Shown: positions 22,799 through 33,054, counted from the stretch's first letter. The stretch: 40,802 nt of DNA from an uncultured Pseudomonadales bacterium (GCA_964652415.1 CAZZDG010000002.1:1-40802), one strand, 5' to 3'. The notes: generated by a model from the letters alone, not told the origin. Program-made: numbers and translations.

Positions 22799-23815
22799 AT
22801 GAACAAGATACTTGCAGTCGTTGGTCCTACCGCAACAGGAAAAACTGCGTTTGCTTTGAAGTTAGCAAGCCAAGTTTTGGAGTCGACTAATACATATACT
22901 GGTGTTGATCTTATTTCTGTTGATTCTCGCCAAGTATACAAAGGTTTAGAGATACTAACTGGTGCAGATATTCCAGAAGATTTTAGATTGATTGCCTATC
23001 AACAGGGCTCAAGTGAACCTCTCACTTTTCCTTATTATGAGAACAGATATGCTGATATTACTTTGCATGGTATTTCTATAATTTCAGTTGAGCAAGATTG
23101 GTCTGTGACGCATTTTAAAGATTTTGCAACAAATATCATTTTAGATTCCTTTAAGAACAAAAGATTGCCAATTTTAGTTGGTGGAACAGGCTTGTATCAT
23201 GAACACTTACGAAATAATGATATAAGTTTATATACTCCACCTAATGTAGATGTGCGAAGAAAAGCAGAAGAAATGAATGCCGCCCAATTAAGTGAATGGC
23301 TGTTCGCAGTTGATCCAGAAGCGTTAATGCAGATGAATGATTCAGATATAGATAACCCCAGAAGATTAGTTCGAGCAATTGAGAAAGCGCTACAGACCAA
23401 ACAATATTTTGTAAATGATCCATTGATTGAACAAACAGGAAAAGTTGAAAAAAAAGAACAAGAAAACCTACTAACACAGAGTGAAATTATAACTTTTGGT
23501 ATGCAAGTATCACTAGAACAAATTCAAGAAAAAATCGCGGATAGGGTTCGTGAGCGCTTCAAGCAAGGTGCTCTTGCAGAAGTTAAGAAAATTCGGAAAT
23601 TATGTAAGCTAAATATAGCACCTTCTTGTTCAACCTTAGGTGTTTCAGATCTTTTAAAATTTATTTCTCATCAAATTTCTGAAGAAAAATGCCTGGAGAA
23701 CTGGGGTCTACATGAACTTCAATATGCAAAGCGTCAATTAACCTGGTTTAAAAAGCAAGAAGGTATAATTTGGTTGGACGAATTGCAAAAAAAACAGTAT
23801 ACTTTGTTTAAATGA
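22799..23815 (+). CDS. miaA: tRNA dimethylallyltransferase
   Basis: P-loop VVGPTATGKTAFAL, then SVDSRQVYKGLEILTG and LVGGTGLY. Confidence 0.88.
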   Translation: MNKILAVVGPTATGKTAFALKLASQVLESTNTYTGVDLISVDSRQVYKGLEILTGADIPEDFRLIAYQQGSSEPLTFPYYENRYADITLHGISIISVEQDWSVTHFKDFATNIILDSFKNKRLPILVGGTGLYHEHLRNNDISLYTPPNVDVRRKAEEMNAAQLSEWLFAVDPEALMQMNDSDIDNPRRLVRAIEKALQTKQYFVNDPLIEQTGKVEKKEQENLLTQSEIITFGMQVSLEQIQEKIADRVRERFKQGALAEVKKIRKLCKLNIAPSCSTLGVSDLLKFISHQISEEKCLENWGLHELQYAKRQLTWFKKQEGIIWLDELQKKQYTLFK

Positions 23816-24825
23816 AAAAACTGTTTTATGGTGACCATATGGTTACAATTTCTCCACTGTCGATTGTGTTTACTATTTGCTTTCTTTTGAGTTTGTATGG
23901 ATTTTATTATATTCGAGGTGTTTTAGTTCTTTTATTACTTTCTTTTATTCTAATGGTTGCGTTGAATCCCGTTATAACATTTTTAAACAGAAAACTTAAA
24001 ATTCCTAAAACATTGAGTATTATTCTTGCCTACTTTTTGATGATATTGGCGATAGGTGGAATTCTAGGACTTTTGGTACCACCTCTCGCCCGAGAACTGG
24101 TTCAGTTAATCAACAATTTTGATATTCCTTTTTTTCAAGAGAAATTAAGATCATTTAACTTTACTTTGCAAGAAATGAGCTCAGTAATCAATAATTTTGG
24201 TGGTAGTTTTTCAGTTATTTTTAATGTGGTAAACATGACATTTAGCGGAGTCTTTACTTTGTTTACAATAGTCGTAATGTCATTTTACTTAATGGTAGAA
24301 CGTCCACAGTTGCATAGAAAAATTTCTTGGTTTACCAAAAAAGAAGTGCATTTAGAAAGAATGAAAGATTTTATTGACTCTGTAGAACTACAACTGGGTG
24401 GGTGGGTTCGAGCACAGGCAATTTTAATGTTTGTTATTTTTGTTATCACTTTAATAAGTTTGAGTTTGCTCTCCATTCCTTATGCGTTGCCACTTGCACT
24501 TTTAGCTGGATCTTTAGAAATTATCCCAAATTTGGGTCCAACAATTGCAATGTTTCCAGCAGTTTTTGTTGCATATGTAACCTTTGGACCAGTGATGGCA
24601 GGAATTGTTGTTTTACTCTACATTGTGATTCAGCAATTGGAAAATAACATCTTAGTTCCAAAAGTAATGAAGGAAAATGCAAATGTCAATTCACTTGTTG
24701 GAATTACAAGCATATTAGTAGGATTAAAAATTGGTGGCATTATTGGTGCTTTATTAGCAATTCCAATTTATATATTAATAAGAGCTATTTTTTCTAACTT
24801 TATTCAACCAAGATTACGAGATTGA
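23812..24825 (+). CDS. AI-2E family transporter (PerM/UPF0118)
   Basis: 337 aa with about 8 TM helices, and the QQLENNILVPKVM motif typical of the family. It overlaps the miaA stop (ATGA). Confidence 0.75.
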   Translation: MKKLFYGDHMVTISPLSIVFTICFLLSLYGFYYIRGVLVLLLLSFILMVALNPVITFLNRKLKIPKTLSIILAYFLMILAIGGILGLLVPPLARELVQLINNFDIPFFQEKLRSFNFTLQEMSSVINNFGGSFSVIFNVVNMTFSGVFTLFTIVVMSFYLMVERPQLHRKISWFTKKEVHLERMKDFIDSVELQLGGWVRAQAILMFVIFVITLISLSLLSIPYALPLALLAGSLEIIPNLGPTIAMFPAVFVAYVTFGPVMAGIVVLLYIVIQQLENNILVPKVMKENANVNSLVGITSILVGLKIGGIIGALLAIPIYILIRAIFSNFIQPRLRD

Positions 24826-24850
24826 CACTCATTGTTATAGGATATATACT
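24822..24850 (+). promoter_or_regulatory. rnpB promoter (TTGACA-17-TATACT)
   Basis: -35 is at 24822-24827 (overlapping the upstream stop codon) and -10 at 24845-24850. The predicted TSS, about 7 nt downstream, coincides with the 5' end of the P1 helix at 24857. The spacer contains TTATAGGATA. Confidence 0.7.
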
Positions 24851-24856
24851 ATTAGT

Positions 24857-25199
24857 GGTTAACATTCGAGACAATGGCTTTTACCTTGTGTAAAAGAGGA
24901 AAGTCCGGACAGCTGAACAAAGGGTGCTTTGCGTAGTATATAGAAATATGTGCGAGTAAAGGGTAAAAGGTCAAACTTTTAGACAGTTAGAGCAACAGTG
25001 ACGAATTGGGGTTGCGCCCAAGTGAAACGACCAAGCTTATGGGTACGAAGTAAAAACTCGTGGCAATCCTCCCTGCTGCAACTGACGAATTTCACCGTAG
25101 AATGGATCTGTTCCCAATTCCCTCGAGGAATCGGTGATAAAGTCTCAGGCATAGATAGATCATTGTCAAATACAGAATCCGGCTTATTGCATGTCAACC
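24857..25199 (+). ncRNA. rnpB: RNase P RNA (bacterial), about 343 nt
   Basis: The universal P4 strands GAGGAAAGTCCGGAC and ACAGAATCCGGCTTA are present. The P1 helix GGTTAACAT/ATGTCAACC joins the two ends. A terminator follows. Confidence 0.9.
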
Positions 25200-25208
25200 T
25201 CTATCAGG

Positions 25209-25241
25209 AAACGTCAGCTAAAATTGAGTCTGACGTTTTTT
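25209..25241 (+). terminator. Intrinsic terminator after rnpB
   Basis: 9-bp stem AAACGTCAG/CTGACGTTT with a 12-nt loop, followed by a T run. Confidence 0.8.
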
Positions 25242-25283
25242 GTAATTACCCAGTATAATGAAAAAAAAATGAAGGAGTACGAT

Positions 25284-25976
25284 ATGTCAGCACAAGTATA
25301 CGATACACTAGTATTTTTGAGTAATCAGGTTCTTACAGACCTCGTTATTTTTCTCCCAAAGTTAATAATTGCGTTTTTAGTCTTAGTTATTGGAGCAGGT
25401 TTGGCCAGGACTTTTAAGAAAGTTGTGGTAAAAATTATGGAATCCTTAAGATTTTCTAAAGCATTCCAAAAGACACCTGTAGAGCATTTTTTAACTGATG
25501 CAGAATTGGGCAACAGAGTTGAAGAAGTTATTGGAACTGTTCTCTATTGGCTTGTTATGCTGGTGGTGATCCACACAGCGGTGAGCATTCTCGGTCTAAC
25601 TTCACTAACAGTACTCATTGGACGTATTCTCACTTATTTACCAAGTCTGTTTTCTGCACTCATCATTCTGTTCTTTGGTTTACTAATTGCTGGAATCGTT
25701 GAAAGTTTAGTCAAAGGTGCAATTAAAAGTGTAGATGGCAAGAGCTCTCGGTTGCTGGGAAAAATTTCCAGCTATGCGGTAATGGTTGTTACTGTATTGG
25801 CGGCAATTAGTGAGCTTGGAATTGCAAGTGAGTTTATCTTTATTCTCTTTGTAGGTTTTGTAATCACTTTTTCTATGGCACTTGGTCTCGCACTTGGTCT
25901 CGGGGGCAAAGATGTCGTCAACATGATGCTTACCGAATGGTATAAAAAAACAAAATCAGAAGTTTCTAAAAAATAA
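25284..25976 (+). CDS. Membrane protein with conserved-TM-helix repeats (MscS-associated type)
   Basis: The start is moved to ATG 25284 (GAAGGAG SD) or 25269, because the track's 25191 start lies inside rnpB and its terminator. It has four long TM segments with short basic loops. Confidence 0.45.
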   Translation: MSAQVYDTLVFLSNQVLTDLVIFLPKLIIAFLVLVIGAGLARTFKKVVVKIMESLRFSKAFQKTPVEHFLTDAELGNRVEEVIGTVLYWLVMLVVIHTAVSILGLTSLTVLIGRILTYLPSLFSALIILFFGLLIAGIVESLVKGAIKSVDGKSSRLLGKISSYAVMVVTVLAAISELGIASEFIFILFVGFVITFSMALGLALGLGGKDVVNMMLTEWYKKTKSEVSKK

Positions 25977-25993
25977 TTTTTTATTGATTGCTT

Positions 25994-27505
25994 TTACATG
26001 TCTACCTTTCTGTATTGGAGTGCTTGAGTAATTTCCTGAGTTGATATTGTATTTTTTTGTTCTAGATCAGCAATTGTTTGTGCAACTTTAATGAGTCTAA
26101 AGTAGGTTCTAGTAGAAAACTGATATTTTTGGTTCGCTTTTTTGAGCAATGAATCAGCTTGAGGTTCGAGTTGACAGTATTTTCTTATTAGTTTTGTAGT
26201 GAGCTGGCTATTTGTAAGAATATTTTCGTTTTTATAACGCTCTGCTTGAATTTTTCTTGCAAGTATTACTCTTTTTTTAATTATCTTTGATGTATCATTT
26301 TTTTGCAAATTTTCTTCAGTTATTTTTTTTGTTTCTACCGGTTGCACAAAAACACGTAAATCTACTCTGTCTAAAATTGGTCCAGAAAGCTTTTTTTTAT
26401 ATTGTTGGTATTGATTGAGATTGCAAATACAATTTTTGGTCTGACTAAATCTATACCCACAAGGACATGGATTACTTGCTGCAACAAGAATGAATTCGCA
26501 AGGGTACTTGGTTGTTCCAGAAACTCTAGAAATAGAAATAACTCCGTCTTCCAGAGGTTGCCGCAATGACTCTAAGACATTTTTAGGAAACTCTGAAACT
26601 TCATCCATAAACAGCACTCCTCTGTGTGCGAGCGAAATTTCTCCAGGTAAAATGTTCGTGCCACCACCAATCATTGCAGGTCCAGAAATTGAGTGGTGTG
26701 GTGAACGAAATGGTCTTTGAGTAAGGAGGGTATTTTCAAGTAACCCTGCTACTGAATAAATACTATTTACAGTAAGTAGCTCAGATTTTTCGAGTGGTGG
26801 TAATATGCTCACCAAAGCATGTGCGAGCATGCTTTTGCCAGTTCCTGGTGGTCCTGTGAGTAAAATATTATGACCTCCGGCTGCAGCAATTTCTAATGCA
26901 CGTTTAGCTTCCTCTTGTTCGTAGATGTCTTCAAAGTTATTTTTGAATTGTGCTCTCTGTTCCTGTGTTTCATTCTTTTTTTGCAGTAAAGGTAATTGCT
27001 CTAGTTTTTTTATTTCCAATAGTTCTCTCAAGTGTGAGATAGGGTGAATTTTTATTCCGTCTAAGAAAGACACTTCATGTTCGTTATTTTTTGGAATTAT
27101 GACATGTGTAAAACCAGATTTTTTTGAATGAATGAGCAAAGGTAATATGCCTTTTGTTTTTTTTATATTTCCATCAAGTGAAAGTTCGCCAAAAAGCATA
27201 GTGTCTGGAAGAGAGTATTGTATAGAACCATATGCCTTGAGTATGGCAACAACAATCGCCAAATCAAAACTCGTGCCAGATTTTTTAATATCTGCAGGAG
27301 CCAAATTAATGATTGTTCGTTTTGATTTTGGTATGATTCCGCAGTTGAGTAACGCGGAAGTTACTCGTTCTTTAGCCTCTGAAATTGCTTGTGAAGCTAA
27401 ACCTATGATTATGAGTTGTGGCTTACCTCTACTTAAGTCAACTTCAACAGTTATAGTTGTGGGTTCAAGTCCAGTGACAAGTGCAGTAGTGGTTTTGGCT
27501 AACAT
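25994..27505 (-). CDS. comM: YifB/ComM family Mg-chelatase-like AAA+ ATPase
   Basis: N-terminal Lon-like ChlI domain, Walker A GPPGTGKS, Walker B VLFMDE, the Zn-like CPCGY..C.C segment, and a C-terminal Mg_chelatase_C-like tail. Confidence 0.88.
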   Translation of the reverse strand: MLAKTTTALVTGLEPTTITVEVDLSRGKPQLIIIGLASQAISEAKERVTSALLNCGIIPKSKRTIINLAPADIKKSGTSFDLAIVVAILKAYGSIQYSLPDTMLFGELSLDGNIKKTKGILPLLIHSKKSGFTHVIIPKNNEHEVSFLDGIKIHPISHLRELLEIKKLEQLPLLQKKNETQEQRAQFKNNFEDIYEQEEAKRALEIAAAGGHNILLTGPPGTGKSMLAHALVSILPPLEKSELLTVNSIYSVAGLLENTLLTQRPFRSPHHSISGPAMIGGGTNILPGEISLAHRGVLFMDEVSEFPKNVLESLRQPLEDGVISISRVSGTTKYPCEFILVAASNPCPCGYRFSQTKNCICNLNQYQQYKKKLSGPILDRVDLRVFVQPVETKKITEENLQKNDTSKIIKKRVILARKIQAERYKNENILTNSQLTTKLIRKYCQLEPQADSLLKKANQKYQFSTRTYFRLIKVAQTIADLEQKNTISTQEITQALQYRKVDM

Positions 27506-27559
27506 ATTGCAAGTTTACTTGTGAATTCTTACAAGAAGTGTAGCGTAAAACGAGCAATC

Positions 27560-28177
27560 TTATTCAGATTTATCTTTTGGGTTGTATTGTGTTTGATATC
27601 CAGGGTTATCTTGCGGTCGGAGTTGATTAGGGTATTCAATATCTGATTTTACAGCATGTGAAATCTCTTTAAAAAAATTAAAGACTTTGTATGGGTCTTT
27701 TATATTTCTGAGTGAATATGGTCTTTGTGATGGACCATTTTTTGAGGACACAATAGTGCCCGCTGTAGAAATAGAGATGCTGCCAGATTGTTTTCCAAAC
27801 AAAATATCAAGAAAATCGACTTTTACGTCAGCATTTGTTACTTTATCGAAATCAACTATTTGAAAATCTCTCCCAATGAGTCCTTTTTGAATGATTACTC
27901 TTTTATCTGTAACAGCATAAAAAATGTGTTGATGAACAAGTGCCGTATAAGTTGGTGCGCCAAATGTAAATAGAAATCCAATCCAGAAATGTGGAAGTAA
28001 AATCATTAAGTAATTGCCAGATTGTATTCCTTCTATTATGGGAATACCACCAACAGCCATAAAGATAAGTCCAAAAAGAATTCCAACAAAACTACTGAAG
28101 AAAAATGGCCAGAATGTTGGCTTACCCTCCCACATAATTTTTTCATTTGTATTGAGGACTTTGTGTATCTCGTTCAT
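27560..28177 (-). CDS. Membrane protein with a bacterial PH (bPH_2/YdbS-like) domain
   Basis: A two-TM hairpin followed by YAVTDKRVIIQKGLIGRDFQIVDFDKV, typical of bPH_2. Confidence 0.5.
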   Translation of the reverse strand: MNEIHKVLNTNEKIMWEGKPTFWPFFFSSFVGILFGLIFMAVGGIPIIEGIQSGNYLMILLPHFWIGFLFTFGAPTYTALVHQHIFYAVTDKRVIIQKGLIGRDFQIVDFDKVTNADVKVDFLDILFGKQSGSISISTAGTIVSSKNGPSQRPYSLRNIKDPYKVFNFFKEISHAVKSDIEYPNQLRPQDNPGYQTQYNPKDKSE

Positions 28178-28195
28178 AAATTATTTTTTCAAGGT

Positions 28196-29236
28196 CTAAA
28201 CCAGTGCCAACTGTTCTACTAACCTACAACAATACCCCCATTCGTTATCATACCAACTGATAACTTTAACTAAATTGCCACCAATTACTTGGGTTAGCTC
28301 AAGATCAACAATTGAGGATTCTGATCTGCCAATAATATCTGAAGAAACAATAGGGTCATTTGTAACAGCCAGAATGCCTTTCCATCTATCTTGTTTGGAA
28401 GCATCAGTAAGTGCTTGATTAACTTCTTCTACAGTCACAGGTCGTTTGGTAACAAAAACCATGTCAGAGAGTGATCCTACAGCAACAGGGACACGAACTG
28501 CCAATCCATCAAACATTCCCTTGAGTTCTGGAATAATTTCTGTGACTGCAATTGCAGCACCAGTTGAAGTAGGAATAATATTTTTTGCTGCGGTTCTGGA
28601 TCTGCGCAAATCTTGGTGTGAGTTATCTTGTGTATTTTGATCGTCGGTGTAGGCATGAATAGTTGTAAGCATTGCTTTTTCAACTCCAAAAATAGAATGC
28701 ATAATTTGTGCGACAGGAGCTACACAATTTGTGGTGCATGAGGCATTAGAAAGCACAGTTGCGCCTTCTGCATATTGGTTTACACCAATGACAGAAGTAG
28801 AAATGGCGCCACCTTTTCCAGGTGCGGTTAGCATGACTTTTTTTGCTCCACCAGCAAAGTGTTGTGCCGCTTTTTCTTCTGAGGTAAAAGCTCCAGTTGC
28901 TTCAACGACTGTTTCAACTCCATATTTACCCCATGGGATTAATTTTGGATCACGTTGTGCAGTGATGGTAACAACATGACCATTGATGGTGAGTGTGCCA
29001 AGAACTGGATTTTCTGGTGTTGCTTCTTTAGTACCTTGTATTTTTTGAATGGTAATTTCACCTGTGAATGGACCATAGTTACTATCATATTTGAGTAAGT
29101 GTGCCCAAGCCTCTATTTCCATAGAACCAGAAGTATTGATAACTGCCAAGTTCAAGTTGGGATCATTTTGACTGATCCATGCACGCACAAATGTTCTACC
29201 AATTCTACCAAATCCATTTAATCCAAATTGTTTCAT
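28196..29236 (-). CDS. gap: Glyceraldehyde-3-phosphate dehydrogenase
   Basis: NGFGRIGR (NAD-binding), active site SNASCTTNC, and a C-terminal WYDNEWGY motif. Confidence 0.95.
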   Translation of the reverse strand: MKQFGLNGFGRIGRTFVRAWISQNDPNLNLAVINTSGSMEIEAWAHLLKYDSNYGPFTGEITIQKIQGTKEATPENPVLGTLTINGHVVTITAQRDPKLIPWGKYGVETVVEATGAFTSEEKAAQHFAGGAKKVMLTAPGKGGAISTSVIGVNQYAEGATVLSNASCTTNCVAPVAQIMHSIFGVEKAMLTTIHAYTDDQNTQDNSHQDLRRSRTAAKNIIPTSTGAAIAVTEIIPELKGMFDGLAVRVPVAVGSLSDMVFVTKRPVTVEEVNQALTDASKQDRWKGILAVTNDPIVSSDIIGRSESSIVDLELTQVIGGNLVKVISWYDNEWGYCCRLVEQLALV

Positions 29237-29248
29237 AAAATCCTCCTT

Positions 29249-29989
29249 TTAAACTACCTTTGTTTTAACATCATTAGAGAGTAACGTTCCTACTGGTTCT
29301 CCACTGACTGCATGAATTAAATTGTTATCTTTAAATAAAGCAAAAACTAAAATTGGTAAGTTATTTTCGCTTGCCATAGAAAGTGCGGCTGTGTCTATTA
29401 CTTTAACATCTTTCATCTCGATTGCATCTTTGAAGTTAAGTGTTGCATATTTTTGAGCGTCAGGTTTTTTTGCTGGATCAACCTCATAAATACCATCAAC
29501 TTTACTAGTTCTCATAAGAATATCGCAGTGTAGTTCAAGAGCATGTAAAGTTGCACCTGCATCTGTAGTTACAAACGGCACACCAGTTCCAGCACATAAA
29601 ATTACAACTCTCCCCTTTTCCATATGTCTAATTGCTTTGCGTCTAATAAAACTCTCAGCAACAGCAGGCATTTGTAATGCCGATTGCATACGAGTCGGGA
29701 TCCCCATTTTTTCGAGTTCATCTTGTAGTGTGAGGCCATTCATTACTGTTGCCATCATTCCCATGTAATCTGCGGTAGTGCGGTCAAAACCTTCTTTGTA
29801 AGCTGCTCTACTACTAAAAATATTTTTTCCGCCCACTGATACAACAATTTGAACATGTTGTGTGTATACAGATTTGATTTGTTCGGCAACTGTTCTTATT
29901 GAGTTGAGGTCAATGCCATATTCTTTGTCGCCTTTCATAGCATCGCCACTGACTTCAATCATGATTCTTTTATATTTAATGTGTCCCAT
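29249..29989 (-). CDS. pyrH: UMP kinase
   Basis: YKRIMIEVSGDA, GGKNIF and GTGVPFVTTD are amino-acid-kinase fold motifs of PyrH. Confidence 0.9.
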   Translation of the reverse strand: MGHIKYKRIMIEVSGDAMKGDKEYGIDLNSIRTVAEQIKSVYTQHVQIVVSVGGKNIFSSRAAYKEGFDRTTADYMGMMATVMNGLTLQDELEKMGIPTRMQSALQMPAVAESFIRRKAIRHMEKGRVVILCAGTGVPFVTTDAGATLHALELHCDILMRTSKVDGIYEVDPAKKPDAQKYATLNFKDAIEMKDVKVIDTAALSMASENNLPILVFALFKDNNLIHAVSGEPVGTLLSNDVKTKVV

Positions 29990-30008
29990 TATTTTTTTCT
30001 TTCTGTGT

Positions 30009-31040
30009 TCAGATTTTTAATTTTGTTTTCAACCGTAATAATTTCCAACGGACGGCGTCACCAATTTTGAACAGTTGGTACATTGGCATATCAACTACAT
30101 AATCAAAAGTTCCCATAAATTCAACTAAGTCTCCCGAGTATCCTTTTTTGAATTTATGGAATCCAAACCATGGATCTTTTTCATTTGGTTCTGGTCCAAG
30201 AGATCCCCACATATCAAAGCTACGGCAATTTTGCATTTTTCCAAAGCGAATCATTTCCCACATCATCAAGTTACTAGCCATGACGTCTCTATTCTTATTG
30301 CTGGATGCACCATATGGGTAGTACAGAACGCCATTAAAAACAAACATAATCCAGGAAGTAAGTATTTCTCCTTCGTACACAGCATTAAAAATTCTCATCA
30401 TGCCAGAGTTGCCCAACTCTTTCCACATTTTTTTAAAATATTCTGGTGAGTGAGCATAAAAGCCTTGGCGTTTTGTTGTTTCCTCAAGGATTTTGATGTA
30501 TTGTTCCATTCCTTCTTCTGAAGTATTTTCGAAAATTTGCACGCCTTTTTTGTGTGCGAGATTCACGTTATATCTCGTTTTGCTTGCCAAATTTTGGAAC
30601 AAAATGTCTTCATCAGGACTTAAATCAAGTTGAAATGTGTATTTTGTGAAGAGAGGTTTTCCTGGTACACAGTCGTTAGCAAGTAAAAACTTCGCTATGT
30701 CTTTGTGTGCGGAAGGAGCGCCAACTTTACTCGCAATATTTGGTTCAAGTTTTATAGAAATAGCGTTATACTGTTTTGCTGTTGCTCGCAATGCTCCAAG
30801 TTGGTCTGCATCAGGCATATATCCTTTTGGGAGGTAGCCGATATTTTTGTTGAGTATTGGAACTGGGTGGAAAGTAATCTGTAAAGCCTTAACGAGTTTT
30901 GAACCGTTATAGATACCTAAGCGTTCGACTTTCAGACCCGTTGTTTTTCTGAATTCACCCCATTCCCATGATTGCAGTGGGTGATTTACAACCTTATTGT
31001 AAATGTCTTTTTCTTCTGGTCTTATGGCGCGGATAAACAT
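30009..31040 (-). CDS. FemAB-family peptidoglycan interpeptide-bridge aminoacyl transferase (FemX/MurM-like)
   Basis: 343 aa. The HPLQSWEWGEFK-type N-terminus and the overall length and pattern match FemX-like lipid II aminoacyl transferases. Confidence 0.7.
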   Translation of the reverse strand: MFIRAIRPEEKDIYNKVVNHPLQSWEWGEFRKTTGLKVERLGIYNGSKLVKALQITFHPVPILNKNIGYLPKGYMPDADQLGALRATAKQYNAISIKLEPNIASKVGAPSAHKDIAKFLLANDCVPGKPLFTKYTFQLDLSPDEDILFQNLASKTRYNVNLAHKKGVQIFENTSEEGMEQYIKILEETTKRQGFYAHSPEYFKKMWKELGNSGMMRIFNAVYEGEILTSWIMFVFNGVLYYPYGASSNKNRDVMASNLMMWEMIRFGKMQNCRSFDMWGSLGPEPNEKDPWFGFHKFKKGYSGDLVEFMGTFDYVVDMPMYQLFKIGDAVRWKLLRLKTKLKI

Positions 31041-31086
31041 ATATGTTACTTATTATACATGAGACTTGGTGTGTGGAATCAACAAA

Positions 31087-33054
31087 CTAGCTGTTGATGA
31101 GCTTGTCTATATCGAAGTCACCATTAATTACTCCATCTAGGATATCATCATCGACAATAATTCTTCTAGTCGATTTTTGTTCATCAGGTTTTTTTTGTTT
31201 TTTATCATAATATGAATAATTCTGTTTTCCGTAGGAATTTGATTGTGAGTAGTGTTTTTTCTCAGTTTCTTGGGTAACTATACTTTCGTCTATATCAAAT
31301 AGAAATCTACTGGCAACAGTCTCTGCAGGAATACCATATTGGGCGCGTGATCTGCAGTAAGTAAGGTACAATTTTGATTTTGCTCGAGTAATTCCAACGT
31401 AGCAAAGTCTTCTTTCCTCTTCCATTTGTTCGTTATCTAGTAGTGAGCGTGAATGTGGCAATAAACCTTCTTCCATACCAACAAGAAAGACGACTTCAAA
31501 TTCTAAACCTTTTGCTGAGTGCAAACTCATGAGGTTTACACTTCGTTTGCTGTCTATGGCAGTATCAGTATCTGCAAATTCGTTGTCTTGTATTAATGCA
31601 ATATTTTCTAAAAATTGAGCTGCTGTTTCAAACTGAACAGCGACTGATAGTAATTCTTCTACGTTAGCAGCTCTATCTAGATTTTCTTCTGTTTCTCTTT
31701 TGAATTTTTCTAAATAGTCAGTAACATCAAGAATGTCTTTGAGCAGTGCGGCTGGATTTTGAGTTGCCAATTCTTCTGGTTTATTCTGTTTACTCCAAGC
31801 ATGAAACTTTTCAAATCGTCGTTTACCTAATTTTGAAATTCTTTGATAGCTGACCATGTCAAAGTCGTTGATGGCAAATCGTAAGTATGAAATCACATCC
31901 TTCACTTCTTTTCTCTCGTAAAATTTTGTGCCTCCTATCAATTTATAGGGAATGCCAGCTTGCATAAGTGCTTCTTCGAAAACGCGGGACTGGGCATTGG
32001 TGCGATATAAAATCGCCATTTCACCAAGCTCTATATCTGCAGAATGTTGGTGGACATATTGCACTACTTTTTTTGCTTCAGAATAATTATTGTCTGCTTC
32101 AAAGTTAGTAATGGTATTACCTCGTGGTTTTGTAGTCCACAATTTTAAGATAGGATGTGTTTTATTAAGTGAAATAACCTGAGTTGCTGCATCTAAAATG
32201 TTTTGGTTAGAGCGATAGTTTTGTTCAAGTCTGTATTCTTGTATTTCAGGAAAATTTTGCTTGAGTTGCATCATGTTTTTGTAATCTGCACCTCTCCATG
32301 CATAAATACTCTGACAAAAATCACCAACAACAAACAAGTTATTTTGGGGTGTGGCAAGAATCTTGGTTAGTTTATATTGTGCTTTGTTGGTATCTTGATA
32401 CTCATCTACCAACACATGTTCAAATTTTTTTTGATATTTTTCTCTAATAATTTGATCGGTTTGTAATAATTGTAAGGTTTTTGAAAGTAAGTCATCAAAG
32501 TCAACTGCCCCCGCTTTATTTAATTCATATTGGTACATTTTATACACTTTTGCGACATGTTTTTGAAATGTGCCAGTAGCAACTTCGCTATATTGTTCTG
32601 GGTTTAATAGTTCATTTTTAGCATTAGAAATTGCAGCTTGCACTGCTTTAATATTAAATTCATCTTTATCAAAGTTGTTTTGTTCATAAATTGTTTTCAA
32701 TAAAGACAGTTGGTCTTGAGAATCATAAATCACAAAATTAGGGCCAAGCCCGACCGACTGTCCATCGATACGCAATATTTTTGCACACAAACTATGAAAC
32801 GTTCCATTCCAAGGAATGTGCATTCCGGTTGCTTGTAAAATTCTTTCTTTGATTTCTTTGGCTGCTTTGTTGGTAAATGTAACAACCAAAATTGAAAATG
32901 GGGACGCATTTTGTTCTGAAATTAGCCATCCAACTCGTGTTGTTAATACAGTCGTTTTTCCAGATCCTGCACCCGCCAAAACCACAGCTGGTCCAGATTT
33001 ATGGATGACAGCTTGTTGTTGTTCGGGGTTCAGTTTTTCAAGCAAGTTTGACAC
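31087..33054 (-). CDS. UvrD/PcrA/Rep-family ATP-dependent DNA helicase (compact, 655 aa)
   Basis: Walker A AGAGSGKT, VDEYQDTN (motif II), and the YRSN and LMSLHSAKGLEF / YVGITRA motifs. GTG start. Confidence 0.9.
   Translation of the reverse strand: MSNLLEKLNPEQQQAVIHKSGPAVVLAGAGSGKTTVLTTRVGWLISEQNASPFSILVVTFTNKAAKEIKERILQATGMHIPWNGTFHSLCAKILRIDGQSVGLGPNFVIYDSQDQLSLLKTIYEQNNFDKDEFNIKAVQAAISNAKNELLNPEQYSEVATGTFQKHVAKVYKMYQYELNKAGAVDFDDLLSKTLQLLQTDQIIREKYQKKFEHVLVDEYQDTNKAQYKLTKILATPQNNLFVVGDFCQSIYAWRGADYKNMMQLKQNFPEIQEYRLEQNYRSNQNILDAATQVISLNKTHPILKLWTTKPRGNTITNFEADNNYSEAKKVVQYVHQHSADIELGEMAILYRTNAQSRVFEEALMQAGIPYKLIGGTKFYERKEVKDVISYLRFAINDFDMVSYQRISKLGKRRFEKFHAWSKQNKPEELATQNPAALLKDILDVTDYLEKFKRETEENLDRAANVEELLSVAVQFETAAQFLENIALIQDNEFADTDTAIDSKRSVNLMSLHSAKGLEFEVVFLVGMEEGLLPHSRSLLDNEQMEEERRLCYVGITRAKSKLYLTYCRSRAQYGIPAETVASRFLFDIDESIVTQETEKKHYSQSNSYGKQNYSYYDKKQKKPDEQKSTRRIIVDDDILDGVINGDFDIDKLINS

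Noticed and set aside
24979-25283. ORFs 24979-25197 (-) and 24998-25258 (+), and the first 26-31 codons of ORF 25191-25976.
   Set aside because: They overlap the RNase P RNA and its terminator. The downstream membrane protein has a proper SD-ATG at 25284.
27506-27559. An imperfect palindrome around an EcoRI site (CTTGTGAATTCTTACAAG) between the PH-domain gene and comM.
   Set aside because: It is short and AT-rich, with G.U-dependent pairing, essentially no loop and no U-tract. It is not convincing as a terminator or an operator.
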